A DNA stretch of 18,189 bases from assembly GCA_044866005.1 (NCBI GenBank), contig JBIOTN010000059.1, positions 1-18,189 on the forward strand. The letters run 5' to 3'. Each line of letters opens with the position of its first letter. Position 1 is the first letter of the stretch. This document shows, in pieces, positions 15,821 through 18,189 of this stretch. The notes under the pieces were generated by a model. That model saw nothing but the letters and a program-made list of their open reading frames with translations, was not told the DNA's origin and ran no database searches. Origin of the DNA: Candidatus Rokuibacteriota bacterium. GTDB taxonomy: Bacteria > Methylomirabilota > Methylomirabilia > Rokubacteriales > DASRDR01. The translations under genes were made by a program, and so were the position numbers.

Positions 15821-18189
15821 ATGGACGACGCGACGCGACTGGACTCGGCGGCGGCTCTCGCTCGGACCCCGCTCTTCTCGCAGCTGGGACGCCTCGATCT
15901 GGCGAGGCTGGCGGGCGAGCTCGAGGAGCTCGAGTTCTCCCCGGGACAGGTCATCGTGCGGGAGGGGGACCGAGCGGACGGCTTCTACGTGATCAAGTCC
16001 GGCCAGGCGGCGGTCGTCCCGGGCGTGGCGTCGGATGGCGAGCGACCGCTGAGCGTGCTGGGCGCCGGGGAGTACTTCGGGGAGATGGCGCTCCTCACGG
16101 ACTCGCCCCGGACGGCGACGGTCGTGGCCCAGGCCCCGGTCACCGTGTGGCGACTCTCCCGGAGCCGCTTCAGCGCCCTCCTCGGCCACGAGCGGACGAT
16201 CGCCCAGAGCATCGAGCGGTCCCTGAGCCAGCGGCTCGCGGCCACCTCCCACGAGGCCGGGGCGCTCCAGGCGGTGGGCCACGCCCTGGTGCAGCGGACC
16301 CTCGCCACCCTGAGCCCCGCGGCGCGCCGGCTCATGGCCGCGCTCCTGGTGCGGGACGCCTGGCCGAGCGAGCTCCTCGCGCGGACCGGCGAGCGGACGG
16401 GCACGGGGCCGGCCCTGGCCGAGCTCGAGGCGCTGCCGGGCTTTCTGCGACGGACAGAGCGGCTGGTCGTCGTCGACCGCGTGTTCGCGGCGCTCGTCGC
16501 GGCCGACCTGGCGCCGCCGGACGTGGTGTGGCTTCAGGCCGCGGCGGACGAGCTCCGGACGGCTGGCGATCCCGTGGGCGCGATGGACCTGGACGTCGCG
16601 GCCGGCGCGCCGGAGCGGGTCGTCGAGCGCCTCGTCGCCGACGAGCCGCGCTTGCTCGACGCCGCCGCGCCGGCGGACGTGGAGCGCTGGATCGCGCGGA
16701 TCGGGCTGGCCGAGCCGGCGCTGACAGACCGGTTCCTGGCCTTGCGGGCCGGGCTCGCCGCCCGCGGGTCCGGGGACTCGACGGGCGCGACGGCCGCGAT
16801 GCGGGCGCCGGCGCGTGCCCGTCCGACGGGGCGCCGCTGGCCGGGTGCGTCCCCGCGTGCAATCGGGGGGGTCCTGGCCGTGCTCGTCTACGGGCTGACG
16901 TGGGTTCTGCCCGAGCCCGCCGGTCTGAGCCGGTCGGGGCTCGTTGCGCTCGGGGCCATCGTCGGCACCGTCCCCCTTCTCGTCGGCCAGGTGCTGCCGG
17001 ATTACGTCGTCATGCTGCTCCTGACGGTGGCCCTCGTGGTCCCGGGACTGGTCTCACCCGCCGAGATGCTGGGGGGCTTCGCCGCGCCGGCCTGGATCAT
17101 GATCCTGACGCTCCTCGCCGTGGGCACCGCGGTCTCGCGATCCGGGCTCATGTTCCGGCTCGTCCTGCTCTCGCTCGAGCGGCTGCCCGCAAGCTTCGCG
17201 ACCCAGAGCCTGGTCCTCTGCGGGACCGGGATCCTGCTGACCGCGGGCCTCACGAGCGGCTCGACGCGGATCGCCCTGGGGGTCCCGATCGCCCGGGGAA
17301 TCGCCGAAGCCATGGGGTTCGGCCGGCAGAGCCCGGGCGCCGCGGCTATCGGGCTGCTCGCGTTCTTCACCTTCCTCCAGATGGGCGAGCTGTTCCTGAC
17401 CGGGACGTTCACCGGCCTCGTCGTCCACGATCTGCTGCCCGCCGCGGCGCGGAGCTCGATCACCTGGTGGCGCTGGTTCTTCGTGGCGCTGCCGACCTTC
17501 ATCGTCGTCCTGGGGCTGAACTACGCGACGGTCCTCGCGCTCTTCCAGCCCCGGCGGCACGCCCGCGTGAACCTCGGCGCCATCCGGCTGCAGCACGCGC
17601 TGCTCGGCCCGCTCACGAGGAACGAGGTGTGGAGCGTGGTCGCGCTGGCCGCGCTCATCCTCGGGTTTGCGACGCGGGAGCTCCACGGCCTCGCCCCGGC
17701 CTGGCTGTCGGTGGCCGTGTTCCTCCTGCTGTTCATGCTCGGGGCGCTCGACGAGCGGGCGCTGCAGGGCGGTGGGACGCTCGGGCTCCTGGTCTATTCC
17801 GGCGTCATCCTCAGCCTGGGGAACGTCTTCACCGGGCTCCACATCGACACCTGGCTCGCCTCGCTCGTCCAGAGCGGGTTGCCGGCGACGGTGAAGAACC
17901 CCTACGGCTTCGTCTCCGTGGTGGCCCTGATCGCCTTCGCGCTGCACTTCTTCGTGCCCTGGATGACGGCCTCCACGCTCCTCGCGCTGGTCACGATGCC
18001 CATGGCCAGCGGCCTGGGCTTCCATCCGTTCATCCCGGTGTTCGTGGCGCTCGTGGCGGGCGATCACACCTTCGTGCCGTACGTCAACTCCGGGTACCCG
18101 GTCTTCTACGTGGCGAGCGAGGGCGAGCTCTTCAGCCACGGCCAGGCGCGGCCGGTGCTCATGCTGGAGTCGCTCTTCCGCCTGATCGC
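15821..18189 (+). CDS. cNMP-binding domain / MalT-like helical region / DASS (SLC13) permease fusion; partial, runs off the right edge
   Basis: Absent from the track because there is no stop in the window. Hand translation from ATG 15821: MDDATRL..ARTPLFSQL..FSPGQVIVREGDRADGFYVIKSG..GEYFGEMALLTDSPRTATVVA (cNMP domain), a helical linker, then PAGLSRSG, LGGFAAPAW, SRSGLMFRL, TSGSTRIA, FLTG, ITWWRWF, LGPLTRNE, HTFVPY (DASS). The frame is consistent to the window edge. Confidence 0.88.
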   Translation, partial: MDDATRLDSAAALARTPLFSQLGRLDLARLAGELEELEFSPGQVIVREGDRADGFYVIKSGQAAVVPGVASDGERPLSVLGAGEYFGEMALLTDSPRTATVVAQAPVTVWRLSRSRFSALLGHERTIAQSIERSLSQRLAATSHEAGALQAVGHALVQRTLATLSPAARRLMAALLVRDAWPSELLARTGERTGTGPALAELEALPGFLRRTERLVVVDRVFAALVAADLAPPDVVWLQAAADELRTAGDPVGAMDLDVAAGAPERVVERLVADEPRLLDAAAPADVERWIARIGLAEPALTDRFLALRAGLAARGSGDSTGATAAMRAPARARPTGRRWPGASPRAIGGVLAVLVYGLTWVLPEPAGLSRSGLVALGAIVGTVPLLVGQVLPDYVVMLLLTVALVVPGLVSPAEMLGGFAAPAWIMILTLLAVGTAVSRSGLMFRLVLLSLERLPASFATQSLVLCGTGILLTAGLTSGSTRIALGVPIARGIAEAMGFGRQSPGAAAIGLLAFFTFLQMGELFLTGTFTGLVVHDLLPAAARSSITWWRWFFVALPTFIVVLGLNYATVLALFQPRRHARVNLGAIRLQHALLGPLTRNEVWSVVALAALILGFATRELHGLAPAWLSVAVFLLLFMLGALDERALQGGGTLGLLVYSGVILSLGNVFTGLHIDTWLASLVQSGLPATVKNPYGFVSVVALIAFALHFFVPWMTASTLLALVTMPMASGLGFHPFIPVFVALVAGDHTFVPYVNSGYPVFYVASEGELFSHGQARPVLMLESLFRLI

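Noticed and set aside
279..18139. Many long antisense or alternative-frame ORFs (e.g. 279-1775, 3978-5684, 9649-11295, 12984-14999, 17054-18139)
   Set aside because: These are shadow ORFs expected from stop-codon scarcity in high-GC DNA. They carry no family motifs and overlap well-supported genes.

Overview
Very GC-rich bacterial DNA with four modules. (1) 1-9323: a putative biosynthetic or tailoring cluster with no scaffold gene in view. It has three B12-binding radical SAM enzymes (two are clear paralogs), two complete class I SAM methyltransferases (one HemK/NPPF-type), a probable third methyltransferase cut off at the left edge, a flavin-reductase-like protein, an MFS transporter and an EamA/DMT transporter. 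Just upstream of the transporters lies a small, apparently frameshifted secreted-protein gene (9380-9644). (2) 9691-12934: a sigma54-like promoter ahead of a Gfo/Idh/MocA oxidoreductase, an uncharacterised AKR-like protein and a WecB/TagA/CpsF glycosyltransferase. (3) 12969-15648: a tripartite tricarboxylate transporter operon (tctCBA) that looks damaged, with a 5'-truncated tctC and ATC at the expected tctA start. (4) 15821 to the right edge: a long ORF absent from the supplied track, fusing a cyclic-nucleotide-binding domain, a MalT-like helical region and a DASS/SLC13 transporter. I found no rRNA, tRNA, CRISPR array or mobile element. All family calls come from motif recognition by eye, not database searches.
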